From Cladosporium halotolerans (lineage: Eukaryota): 64,000 bases of DNA. The notes beneath the pieces are model-generated. The model ran no database searches, was not told the DNA's origin, and saw only the letters and a program-made list of their open reading frames with translations. The DNA lies in contig NW_027191454.1 of assembly GCF_011745625.1 (NCBI RefSeq), forward strand, positions 992,001 through 1,056,000. Reading direction: 5' to 3'. Position 1 is the stretch's first letter. The number at the start of each line of letters is the position of its first letter. This document shows, piece after piece, positions 21,501-31,301 of this stretch. Position numbers and translations under genes: made by a program.

Positions 21501-22530
21501 AAGCCAGTAGGAAGTTTTCAATCGCAACAAGAGCAGCTTCGCGCACTTCCTCAATCTCAGTATCGCGCTCACCGTCCGCGTCAGCCTCTTGCTCTCGCTG
21601 CTGGTCGAGCTCTTCCTGGCTTAGTGGCGACAAGACAAAAGGCGCCAGAGTCTTGAGATACGGGCCAAACTTCTTGGGCACAGCCTTCGCCATGCTGCCA
21701 TAGACCGTAAGGTAGATTTTCCGTTGCTGATTCGTGAGATGCGGCTGACGCAGCTGCTCAATCGTGTAACTAACATGATTCGAAAGCAGGCCATCGCTGA
21801 AATAAGGTCCCAGCGCAGCGAGGGCCGCGACGGCCTTCTTCTTCATGACACTTCCGCACCTGTCATTCTCCAAAATCTGCATCGCAATCTGCTCCAGCGC
21901 CTGGACTTCCACCTCTTGTAGCATAGGACCAAAGCACTTCGCGACCTCAGCCAGCAAGTCCAGGCTGTTGCTATCACTGGCCTTCTCCAAATCCTCCTGC
22001 AGCATTCCCTTCGGCGGAGGCGGCATATTCTTGCCGCCAGGAATCGGCACCAGAACCTTCCCGACTAAGCGAGGGATCAAAGCCTTCGAGACCGCATTGT
22101 ACGATTCCTGCACCTTTCCACCTCTTGGACCGCCGGGCACGGGATGAGGAAGAGCGACTACGATCGCTCTCACCGCCAGGGCGGGAACAGTGGTATCGAT
22201 AGTATTGTCTGTCTTGATGCTGCTAACCTTCTCGATGGTCGGGCAGAGGATGTTCTCCGGTGCCTTGTTGACAAAGGGACCCAAGCAGTTGATCGCCATG
22301 TTCTGGACATCGCCGTTGCCGTCGTTCAGCGTGTGGATGAGGCCATCCACGACCCTAGCGCAGGTGGTGTAGTCATGGAGTAGAAATGAAGGCGAGCCAA
22401 TATCCAGCATGGAGTGAAGATCGTTCAGAGTCATGTACCTGATGTCGGGATCCGGATCGTTCAGCTTGGGCAGAAGGGAGGCGACATGGTGGGAGGTTGG
22501 GTTCGGTGGCACGCCTGCTGAAGAGGACAT
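18595..22530 (-). CDS. CAND1: Cullin-associated NEDD8-dissociated protein 1 (CAND1/TIP120), single full-length gene
   Basis: DPDPDIRYMTLND, DDDVSWKVRRCSAK, FKEREESVR, MGPFKHKVDDGLEIRKSAFE; HEAT-repeat length; first ATG at 22530. Confidence 0.95.
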   Translation of the reverse strand: MSSSAGVPPNPTSHHVASLLPKLNDPDPDIRYMTLNDLHSMLDIGSPSFLLHDYTTCARVVDGLIHTLNDGNGDVQNMAINCLGPFVNKAPENILCPTIEKVSSIKTDNTIDTTVPALAVRAIVVALPHPVPGGPRGGKVQESYNAVSKALIPRLVGKVLVPIPGGKNMPPPPKGMLQEDLEKASDSNSLDLLAEVAKCFGPMLQEVEVQALEQIAMQILENDRCGSVMKKKAVAALAALGPYFSDGLLSNHVSYTIEQLRQPHLTNQQRKIYLTVYGSMAKAVPKKFGPYLKTLAPFVLSPLSQEELDQQREQEADADGERDTEIEEVREAALVAIENFLLACAQDLKAHLSDVTQAALRFLKYDPTLADDDDEEMEEQEDDDEFEAEENFEEETGFDDEDDVSWKVRRCSAKVLHAMIATINPPFVDLVAPALIARFKEREESVRNEVLTTLAFLISKNGPTNLPKSSGAEANGLPQNRKRRRGGSDAVLSDLHAQRIMMNGYASPSSPPPMDKAGEQLAKLNPQVVKEAAKLLKSSTPQTKLAVMSLLKAMVAVQRGGLSDHADLVIEPVVDTMKSAAGIPSGNALRIEALALLRVIGENHSSKILQAHLSKVVPALVVAAKDRYAKVSTEAFSTIEVFVKALTPPRSAATKSQNGEFLGQLYTIITDRITAQDSDTEVRQKAVQALGLLVGRASGSTGSSLLSEQDRFAGQDLIAERMKNELTRLASVRAVDTIAVLAQNSQDFKPGFVSTVSLELAAQLRKSSRSLRGASLSALRMLAANEASRQSLDDGTISQIIEMLLPLIQPDDLHMLGPALAIFGSFAKENSPLVTTPAAIGAICKVTSASLHGNALEALVTCVESIGQAGAGKDLMSALLNQGVQADTDVSGRVIGTLLVSSGGNVGVQLEDFVKELKSQSDEGKKCLALSVLGETGLRQGTECSLKPENFTPYFEEQSEKVKLAAAVALGRAGAGNVKVYLPQILDAMDKGRQYLLLHSVKELLQHSAAEEDIRPYTATLWEHIISSGQAEDNKVVSAECIGRLATIDPAAYLPQLQTFLQNSNPTVRGMVITALRYIFSDTDDSYNNYLRPTIIQMLTTMLADADLENQRLSLSAFNSAFHNKPDLVMPHLSELLPYAMQATVVRPDLVREVAMGPFKHKVDDGLEIRKSAFETLYALLDEPASRQRLDLPSFYDRIIAGVADEHEIKILCCLVLGKLLIIAPSESARRLEPLAQQFRAVLAYKPKENAVKQELEKLAEHNKAVLRVSVSFNKAFAGGDESRAWKDYFEWVRREMPQMLKAAEEDLKRD

Positions 22531-23015
22531 GCTCGCGGTGGGTGTCAGCACTCCAACCGAGTACTGTGGTGGTGCTGGAAAGATGTAGGTGGTTTTAGTC
22601 TGCTCGACCTTGGGGTAGGCTGGGAAACAAAGTGGGAGAGGTGGTTGAAGATTCGCGATGGCGAGTCTAGAAACACTTGGGTGAAGCGAGCCTCAGAAGA
22701 GGGACCAACAGCTCCAGCGTCACTGCCCTGCGTGGGGTAAAAGCTTTGGCCAACTTTGAGGCAGCCGCCCGACAGTCCACGCCACGAGTGTGTGATCGCA
22801 TGCAAGAAAGGAAATGTGCGAAACAGTGCATGCGAGACTCGAAATGTTTTGGAACGTCTTAGGACATAGTGTAGCTGCTCAACATAATAGGCCATGGACG
22901 CGACTGGCGAACTCGGCTTTTGCGTAGGTTTACATATGTACATCACACCACTCATCTTCTCCATACACAAATGGAAGGAAGCGCTCGACAACTCATCTAC
23001 TTCAGCTGAATGGCT

Positions 23016-24010
23016 CTATTTTTGGGGCCTGCTGGGATCGATGGTGCCCATCGACTTGGCAGTGTCAGGGCCACCCTCGGGCTTCTTGCTCTTCTCGTTG
23101 GACTCGTGGATGGGGATAGAGTGCCTAGTGGGGGTGTTGGACACGCCGGCTTGCTTGGAGGAGATCTCACCCTGCTTCGGGATGTCAGCCTGGGAGAAAC
23201 CAGGCTTGGCGGGAGCGCCCTAGATGCGATATCAGTCATGGCCCTCAATGGTTCAAGCCATACGCGTTCATAAACTTACAGCCTCGGTCTTCTCGTCGTC
23301 AGCGTAAACCTGAGTAGTCTGGGTGAGGTCCTTCTGGAGACCAGAGTCCTTGCGGAGCTTGTAGGCGCCCTTTCCGTCAGGCTCGCGCTTAGAGCTCTGG
23401 TTTTGACCAGGGGAGTCGGCCTTCATGCGGCCCTTGCCAGCGACGCCCTCAGTGCTGGCGGGGCCACTCGTGGGAGCGCGCTCCTCGGGCTCCTCAGTGC
23501 CGGAGGAAATCTTGTTGGCGTCAGGAGCCTTGGGCTGGGAGTCGCCCTCGGTGCCGGAAGGCCTGGCGGTCTCCTCAGACTCCTTGGCCTTCTCACCCTC
23601 GTCCTCCTCCTTGGGCTGCTCGTCCTGAGGCTGCTCGTCCTTGGCCTCCTCCTTAGGCTCCTCCTTGGGTTCCTCCTCCTCCTTAGGCTGCTCCTCCTCA
23701 GCCTCGTGGTGCTCCTCGTGGCCGTGGTGACCGGAGTCGCCGGAAGATGAGGGCCAGAGGAAGTAAGTTCCGACCGGAGTGATCGCGAGGGCGGAGATCA
23801 GCCTAACGCGTTCTGTCAGATACCGTGATCCATGCACGCGCTTTACTGCAACACTCACCAAGGCAGGTCGGAGCCTTCCTTGCCGTGACCACCGGAGCTG
23901 GCGAAGCGGCGCGCGACGAATTGCGTGCGACCCTGCACCATAGGGCGGGCAGCACTGGCCCTAAGGCCCTGCTGGAGGCTGCGGGCGGCTCTGGTGCGCA
24001 TGAACGACAT
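23016..24010 (-). CDS. Hypothetical protein with predicted mitochondrial presequence and one TM helix; introns 23803..23858 and 23220..23279
   Basis: MSFMRTRAARSLQQ...ARRFASSGG (R-rich, acid-free), then SDLPW|LISALAITPVGTYFLWP, an acidic linker and ..SKQAGVSNTPTRHS..KSKKPEGGPDTAKSMGTIDPSRPQK*; canonical splice sites and strong codon bias. Confidence 0.8.
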
Positions 24011-25253
24011 TGTTGCAAGGGTCAATGGTTGTGGATGGCGTGGTGTCGGACGGTATCGTGCAGCTGGCGCCAGACGGCTGGAGACTTTCGAATCGGCGGC
24101 CGCCGTTGCTGGGAGCTGGAAGCTCCTCCGGAGGTCAAAAGTCTGTGCTTCGTCCGGTGACGTGACCCTTCATCATCGCTCTTCTGCTCTCGATCTACGA
24201 CGCTGTCTAATGGGGTTTGCATTACTACGTCTACTTGAACTGGGAGCGACTCTTCAGGTAGCTGTTGCCATGATCAATGTGTGAGAGGCCAACGTTGGCC
24301 AACGAGACGCCTGCACTTGGCGGTTTGCTCTCTCATCAGATTCATAGCCTCGGCTCACACACCAATCAGACAACGTCCGAATATCGGAGCCAACGCGCAA
24401 GCAGATGTGTGTAGGTATCCCAGGAACTACATTTCGTTTCCATATGCACAGGAAGATCTTTGCTACCTAGCATGCTTAATTGTTTGAAACTATTTCAGAC
24501 CAAAAAAAGGTCTTCGGCCCGGCTTTCTTTGATTTTTGGTCCGGATACAGTATTGTACAGAAAACAGCATCTGAGCATGCAATAATCCCATCTGTACGAG
24601 GTAGAGTGAAGTGAAACTAGCACTCCACAAAGCGCAGAGTAAGCGAGGCTTGATCGTAAGAGAACGCCGAGCGGCGTCTCGAGAGCTTTCCTCAGTCACA
24701 ACTTTCCTGTAGCGCTGGCGGCGCGATCTTCAGCTTGAGATCTGGCCTTGTCGTGACTCCAGACGCACGTCGTTTTGGGTATGACCAGCAATGATCCAAG
24801 TTGGGCGGCCTTTCCACACGAGCGGCGGCATGCAGTGATACATGCCATAAACCCTTCGGCCACTGCCCGTCATCTTCAACACTGCGATCGACTTTATCTC
24901 GATCTGGGCTGTTGCGATCTTGAGTATGTTGATTGCGATTCACGACGTTTCCTGTTCATCGCACATGTATTGTGGAAGGTCAAAGTCAATTCGTTTGGTA
25001 ATTGTATGACGATAATATCACCAATCGTTTCATGATATAACCTCATCTCCTCAGTGACCTCAGTGAGGACATCGGGTCTCACGTGAATTGATCGAATCCG
25101 TCGTCCGAAGTCCAAGCTCGCCGTTGACGAAGCTTGAAGCTTTTCGCGGGCGGATCCGAGATCCGACGCGGGGCATGAATTTCTGACTTGTCGCGTCGCC
25201 CATTGACAAAGCTTCAAAGAAAGTCCACCAAACCCTTCCACAACACGCGCAGC

Positions 25254-27026
25254 ATGCCGCCCAAAAAACCGCCGCCTCGCCGGCCAGCGGCAGCCACTGT
25301 GAAAAGCGAACCCCAACCTGAGGCGCCGGTCCAGGACCAACCGCAGGCTTCTGGCGGCGCAGAAGCCGCCATTTCAGTCGCATCGACGCCCCAAGCTACT
25401 CCCGCTGGAACGCCCGCTGGAACGCCCGCTGGGACACCTGCTCCCTCAGCTTCGGCTGCGCCGGCGCGTGGTGCGCCTTCAGCTCGAGGGAGACCTGCTG
25501 TCGCTAAACCGAAATTTGCTGGTCGTCGATCGCAGAAGTCTCGCGCGGAGCTTGAGAAGGAGGAGGCGGATAGGCGGAAGGAGGAGAATGACAAGAAGGC
25601 GAAGGAAGATGCAAGGAATCGGAGGAGGGATGCGGCTCGTGGGCGTGGCGCGTTTAGGGGGAGGCAGCGTGGTGGCTACATGGGTGAGAGCGAACGCAGA
25701 CCTTCGGAGGCGCAGGTCATGAGCGGTCCGTTTTCTCTTGGTCAGGTCAGCAGTGATTCATCTGCGAGACGGAGTGCGCCGGGATGGGCTGCTAGGTCTG
25801 GTGGTGGTGGTGGAGGTGCTGGAGGAAGCGGTGGGTACGGTGGAGGCGGCGGCGGTGGCTTCAAACAGGAAGGCTCGAGAGGTGTGATCAGCGATGTCAT
25901 GATGGCGGACGGCCCGAACATCAAAACGGAGGACGGTGGTTACATCTCCAGCGACACTGATGAAGAGGAAGAGGCCAACAAGGGCATGCACAAGCGGAAT
26001 GTTGACGAGTTGGCAACCGTAGTGGATCTCACAGGTGCGGACCAAGGCCCTAGTTCTGGCGCTGGATTTGCGCCTGTACGCATCCAGCGTGTTGAGCATA
26101 AGGATCGCACTATTGGTTTGAACGCCGACGGTGTATCTACCAAGGACGGTTCCGCTGCGAAAGCCCAGGCTAGGGATGCGTCGCCGGAAATGCGAAAAAG
26201 CAGACGAAAGGCCAAAGACGTCGAAGTCACTGGCGAACAGCACAAGTACAAGGGCACCTATTCGGAATCCTCCAGCGAAACAGGAGACGAACCTCAAATC
26301 AAAGAAGAACCGAAAGACGACACCCGTCCAACAACGCCCGAGCCCGCACACGACGCAGCGACGGTCCCCGAAGAACTCCTGGAGAGCCCCGTCTCATCGC
26401 CCGAAACACGGCGTAAAAGCAAAGAGCGCATCAAGGACCCCCACGAAAGGCCCGACTTCCAGACCAACGAAGAACTCACCGAATGGGAGCTGCACCAGAA
26501 AGACCTCCGCATCCTGCGCCACGAACTCGGCCGCCTCTCAACCAAAGACCAGGACGGCGACGCAGCAATGGCCGGAGCCGAAGCCCAACAGCCAGAAGAC
26601 GACCCTCGCGCCGACAAAGTCTATCTCTTTCAATTCCCGCCCGTCCTTCCCGACCTCATCCACAAACAAATCAAGCCCGATCCCGAAGGACCCAACGCCG
26701 ACGAGCCCGCAGCCACCGAACCGCCAACCGCCGCGCCCACGAACCAGCTGCAGTCTTCCGACCCCGAGCCTTCCGGCAACACGCATACGTTCAACCCGGG
26801 TCGCGTGGGCAAGCTGCGCATCCACAAGTCCGGCCGCGCGACTCTCGACTGGGGCGGCACGCCGCTTGAGATGGGCATGGGCACCGAGGCGAGTTTCTTG
26901 CAGGACGTGATTATCGCGAACTTCAACAAGAACTCCGACGGCAAGGTCGAGGGCGGTACTGCGATGGGCATGGGTCAGGTGAAGGGCAAGTTTGTTGTTA
27001 CGCCAGACTGGAATGAGATTTTGTGA
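25254..27026 (+). CDS. RPC53: RNA polymerase III subunit RPC4 (Rpc53/POLR3D)
   Basis: KPKFAGRRS..R N-terminal motif, SGPFSLG, C-terminal YLFQFPPVLP, GRVGKLRIHKSGRATLDWGG, MGQVKGKFVVTPDW. Confidence 0.92.
   Translation: MPPKKPPPRRPAAATVKSEPQPEAPVQDQPQASGGAEAAISVASTPQATPAGTPAGTPAGTPAPSASAAPARGAPSARGRPAVAKPKFAGRRSQKSRAELEKEEADRRKEENDKKAKEDARNRRRDAARGRGAFRGRQRGGYMGESERRPSEAQVMSGPFSLGQVSSDSSARRSAPGWAARSGGGGGGAGGSGGYGGGGGGGFKQEGSRGVISDVMMADGPNIKTEDGGYISSDTDEEEEANKGMHKRNVDELATVVDLTGADQGPSSGAGFAPVRIQRVEHKDRTIGLNADGVSTKDGSAAKAQARDASPEMRKSRRKAKDVEVTGEQHKYKGTYSESSSETGDEPQIKEEPKDDTRPTTPEPAHDAATVPEELLESPVSSPETRRKSKERIKDPHERPDFQTNEELTEWELHQKDLRILRHELGRLSTKDQDGDAAMAGAEAQQPEDDPRADKVYLFQFPPVLPDLIHKQIKPDPEGPNADEPAATEPPTAAPTNQLQSSDPEPSGNTHTFNPGRVGKLRIHKSGRATLDWGGTPLEMGMGTEASFLQDVIIANFNKNSDGKVEGGTAMGMGQVKGKFVVTPDWNEIL
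25401..25436 (+). repeat. 12-bp coding tandem repeat x3 (PAGT)
   Basis: CCCGCTGGAACG CCCGCTGGAACG CCCGCTGGGACA. Confidence 0.85.
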
Positions 27027-27414
27027 GCTTGTGGTGACGGGTCGCTTCGACGATCAACCTTAAGGTTGGGACCAGGGCTCAGTGAGATGTGGAAAGGTGG
27101 ACATTTGCTCCTTTAGCGTGGCGTTGGTATCGGGTTGATCGACCCGTGGAATCATGAACTCCGGAGGAAATTGAATGAAATGCACGTGTAGAAACAACCG
27201 AAGATCAATTTTCTTTTAACCCTCTATGACACCAAAGGGAAGACCAGCTGCAAATGCCGGCTGCGGCGGCGCGAGACTTGAGCACCCCAGAGAAAGCGAC
27301 AGCGTGTTGGGGTATCAAAAAGAAACAGCAAGAGCCAAAGACCACAGATACGAGACACCAAAACAAGAGACCGCCGCCATCCGCCAACCCTCCGGTTACC
27401 GCAACCTCTCAATC

Positions 27415-29142
27415 TCAGTGATACCTCCCACCACCCCTACGCCCAGGGGCGGGCTCGTCATACACAACCTCGAACCTATTCCGGTCCTCAGCAAAGCGCG
27501 CGCGAGGGAGCCCCTCAGCATGGTGCGTCACCCGGCGCTGGGCGCGAGGCCTCTCGACGTAGCGGGGCTGATTGCCAGGATAGTCGTCGACCACGACTCT
27601 GGGGTCGCGAAGGCGGTCACGACCAGCTCTGTGCGAGACGCCGGGCTCCACGGTGTAGTGAGGCTCGCGATAGCCTGCTCGCCTGCGGTCTTCGTCGTAG
27701 CGCTTGCCCGGACCGGGAGAGAAGGTGTTGCGCCTCTGCAGGGAACCCATGGGCGGTCGGCCCGCGTACTTGCGAGTGCGGTCGCGGTCCGGCGACGTGG
27801 CTGGAGTCGCGTATTCTCTTCCACCGGAGCCGTCGGTCCAGATGTCGTCGTGGAAGGTGGAGCGGGAGTAGTCGCTGCTTGGGGGGCTGTTGGTGGGCCA
27901 GTCGTTGACTTTCTTCGTCGCGGCCGCCATGCGGACCATGTCGACTATTTCGTCCATCTTGTCCGAGTTCCGCTCGAGCTTCGCCTCGAACTGACGGAGC
28001 TTTTCGTTCTCGAAAGAGTCGCGGCGACGATGGTTGGCGCGGTTGATGTCCTCGCGGGAGCGAGACTGGGAAGGGTGACGGGCACTGGGTCGTGCACCGT
28101 GGGCGGACGCGCCTCGCGGATGCCTGTCGGGAAAACCCTCTAAAGGCACCTCATGTGGAACCGGCTGTGGCCAAACGTCTGGACGAGGCTGGAAAGGATT
28201 CCCTTGCGGCTGCTGATGCTGTCGCGGAAGGCTGTGAGGCGGCATCGGCACTGGAGGAGGGATTCCCTGGTCTGCAAACTGCTGCGGAACTGGTATAGCG
28301 CCGTGCTGGTCTTGCATGTTCCAAGCAGGGCCGTAAGGTTCTTGCGGCTGGTTGGGAGGTGGCGGAGGTGGGTACTGATTGTAGAAATCTCCTTGATTCG
28401 GATCTGGGCCCTCCGGAACATCAGTCCACTTGCCTTGGTAGTCTTCCTCAGGATCGGAGACTTTCTTCGGCTTCTTCTTCTTTTTCTTCTCCTCCTTTAC
28501 CTCGCCGGCAGCAGTATCCTTTTTCGGAGCCTTGACCGGTTTGCTGATGTCGATGATGTCTTCTCCAGCATACACGGCGCCGCTGTTCGACTCCTGGACA
28601 GCGTTCTTGGCTTTGTCCTGGCGCTTTATGGTAACCCGCATGGATTTGTTGACCTTCATGCTCCGGAATGCACTCCTACGCTCCTCCTGGAACACGCGCC
28701 TCACACCGAAAAGAACCCATTGCGCATTGGACTCCTTTTCGTTGGCGTTTTTTTCGTCTACCAGGCGGTTGACGATGGTTTGCTGGCTTGAGCTAAGCTT
28801 TTGGAATTGACCAGACATGTTGTAGCCAGTCGCCTTCTGGTGTGCTATGGCTTGGTCATGAAGCTCCTTGCTGGCGACAGGCAATGCTGTCTTCCTTGTC
28901 TTGATCCAGGAGGGGTTTTCTCCATCCTTGATCTGATCAAGGACGGTGATCATGTAACCTTCATAGAAGTCGTCGACGGGCTTCGCGGGTTTCTTGTCTT
29001 TCGCCTTGTCGGTCTTGGCCTTGGTGCCTTTCTTCTTCTTTTTGGATGCCCCATCCTCATGGACGTCATCGCCGTCATTGGCGCCAACGTCGTCGAAAGG
29101 GACCATATCGTCGCCATCGTCGCCAGCTTGATGACGGGTCAT
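27415..29142 (-). CDS. Hypothetical protein (structured N-terminal region, Pro/Gln- and Arg/Asp-rich disordered tail); probable 5'UTR intron ~29179..29229
   Basis: Long ORF with coding-like codon use; first ATG at 29142; K-rich NLS-like tracts; no family recognised. Confidence 0.75.
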   Translation of the reverse strand: MTRHQAGDDGDDMVPFDDVGANDGDDVHEDGASKKKKKGTKAKTDKAKDKKPAKPVDDFYEGYMITVLDQIKDGENPSWIKTRKTALPVASKELHDQAIAHQKATGYNMSGQFQKLSSSQQTIVNRLVDEKNANEKESNAQWVLFGVRRVFQEERRSAFRSMKVNKSMRVTIKRQDKAKNAVQESNSGAVYAGEDIIDISKPVKAPKKDTAAGEVKEEKKKKKKPKKVSDPEEDYQGKWTDVPEGPDPNQGDFYNQYPPPPPPNQPQEPYGPAWNMQDQHGAIPVPQQFADQGIPPPVPMPPHSLPRQHQQPQGNPFQPRPDVWPQPVPHEVPLEGFPDRHPRGASAHGARPSARHPSQSRSREDINRANHRRRDSFENEKLRQFEAKLERNSDKMDEIVDMVRMAAATKKVNDWPTNSPPSSDYSRSTFHDDIWTDGSGGREYATPATSPDRDRTRKYAGRPPMGSLQRRNTFSPGPGKRYDEDRRRAGYREPHYTVEPGVSHRAGRDRLRDPRVVVDDYPGNQPRYVERPRAQRRVTHHAEGLPRARFAEDRNRFEVVYDEPAPGRRGGGRYH

Positions 29143-31301
29143 GATGAGATTCTGGTCACTGATGCTTTGCCTATGCACCTATATATGCTCAGTATGTCAG
29201 GTGAAGTGAGTTCAAGTGGTCGATCGCACTAAGGATCTTCAACACTCGATGGATGAGACAGCCTCAAAGGTGGGGAGAAGGAAGAAGGCAAACGAGGGGC
29301 GAGCGGGGCTAGGCCAGTGAATTATACTCCCTCAGGCAGATAGTACAAAAGTATGAGTCGCGATAGAGACACTGATGGTTGCAACATTCGCCAAGGTACG
29401 GCATGCACCGCCCCGTCCACACCCATCTCTGGAGACACGATCCAGCGTGTCGGGAAGGGCTGTCTGTCGAGCTCGGGCTGATGAATGCGGAGTTGGTGTG
29501 GCACGGGACTACTTCTCAATGAGCACAGCGCGCTCGTTCTATGATGGCCGCCTGGAGTCCTGCACTGTGAGAAGGCAACTCCATGGCATGCTGACAATCT
29601 GCACGCCCCACTGCAAGGCGTTTATGCGAGGAGGTCAGCTGGAAACCAATAGCTGCGCCTCAGCGCACGAACGGTTGCCTTCCAACACCGATTATCGCGT
29701 AGCCAAGCGAGTCAATTCTATTGTCTTCTTCGGCGCTCGAACCGGAGCGTGTGGTTGCCTGGTAGCCATTCGATGTTGAGTGAGACGACGTTCCGGTGAA
29801 ACAGCTCTGCAGCTCTCTTGACACCTGAGGCGCCCGTGCACAGCTGCGCCTGCCACACCTTTCATCGGCACCACCATCGCGCACAGCAGCAGGCAAAAGC
29901 ACATCGGGTGCGCAGCATTGTCGCACACCATTGTCTGCGCATGGGCTGTGTTGGCCGTTCGAAGGCAACCAAGGTGGTACACCCGCTCGCCTCTTTGCCG
30001 GCCCGTGGCGAACTCCAGACCTCACTCTCTGGTAAGTAAGTGAGGTCCAAGCAAGCTCATCCTTTATGTAAATCATAACGCCCGCCTGTTCGTTGCATGG
30101 CCGTGCATCTTTTTGCCGCACAGATCCACCTGTTTGCCGGGTGGTGGGTCATCGCCCTATGCGTCGTCGATGTCGGCGCTCGCGCCAGGCCACGATTCGC
30201 GTGAAGACTCGCGACGCAAGACATACTGCGTGGAAAATCACCCAATGTCGTGGGGTACCGAACGGACACTCGACACCGGCCGCAGTTCGTGCGGGGTGGC
30301 AGAGCTGGATGATGCCAACGCATACAGATACATGTACGCGCTGCGGTCTAGTCGCAGTCTTAGGGGCGCAGCTCGTACTGTAAGCGAGAGCCTGAGGGCT
30401 CAGCAATATGCAAGGCAGCCACTGGCGCCTCAGGAAGGCTGCTCGCCGGTGAGGCAGCGCGATCTCAGTATCTTTGAGCATTGGTCGCTGGATACGTCCT
30501 TACCGCGACATCGATGCTTTGCAGGAGGATGCCCGTGGCGTGCGACGTTCCCTTGCTGCCGGCAATTAAGGCAACCCGACATCAGTCCATCGTCGGGGCG
30601 TATGCAGAACGCATTGCATGGCTTGACAACCGGGTGACGAATGAGGCAGAGCTGTCGGTATGAGCGATAACACAAAGCAGAGGGCATGTGAATGCCGCGT
30701 CCACCGAACCACACTCATCCGCCTTTTCCATCAAGAACAGCACATCAATGGTACATCTAGTATTCACCGCCTCCTTTCGATATGGATCATACGCAAGCCT
30801 GGAATCCATGGAATTCCGCTGGTCGAAATACCTGTTCGCGGTACATGCGGCCAGAGAGCGGTTCTCCCGGCTACCTTCACGTTCTACGCAAACGATATCT
30901 GCATGATCTTAGCACTGGTCACGCCATCTGATATAGGCCCCTTGCCAGTAATACATGCCGGAGATGGCCCCTGGGATCTAGAACACTACTTGTTGTCTAA
31001 GGGATTTGTGCCACAACTTGCTCGTACACATCGATTGATGATCAATACCGGAGTACCTGTCCCTACCCTGCCCTCACATTGCTCGCAAAACCAACCCAGC
31101 AACAAATAAGACAACGCATGCAGCCAAATACTCGCATTTGTCACAGCCTCCCTCCATGACACCTCAGCCGACTCATGCAAGCATCCGCTCACATTTGTAA
31201 TAGCCCTCTCCGAGCCTGCCATGCAGACTCCCCATGCAAGCCCTCGTGTAACAACAGATAAACTCAAACCGCGTAATCGCACCGAGAACTCCTCCATCCG
31301 G

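Noticed and set aside
24495..24545. Hairpin-like sequence with Sm-site-like GATTTTTGG
   Set aside because: None of the U1, U2, U4, U5 or U6 signature sequences are nearby; cmsearch would be needed to say more.
29941..30383. Possible spliced ORF (donor GTAAGT at 30032, acceptor at 30123) in the 29.3-31.2 kb gap
   Set aside because: The joined product is Arg/Cys-rich, random-looking and lacks codon bias; cannot be supported as a gene without transcripts.
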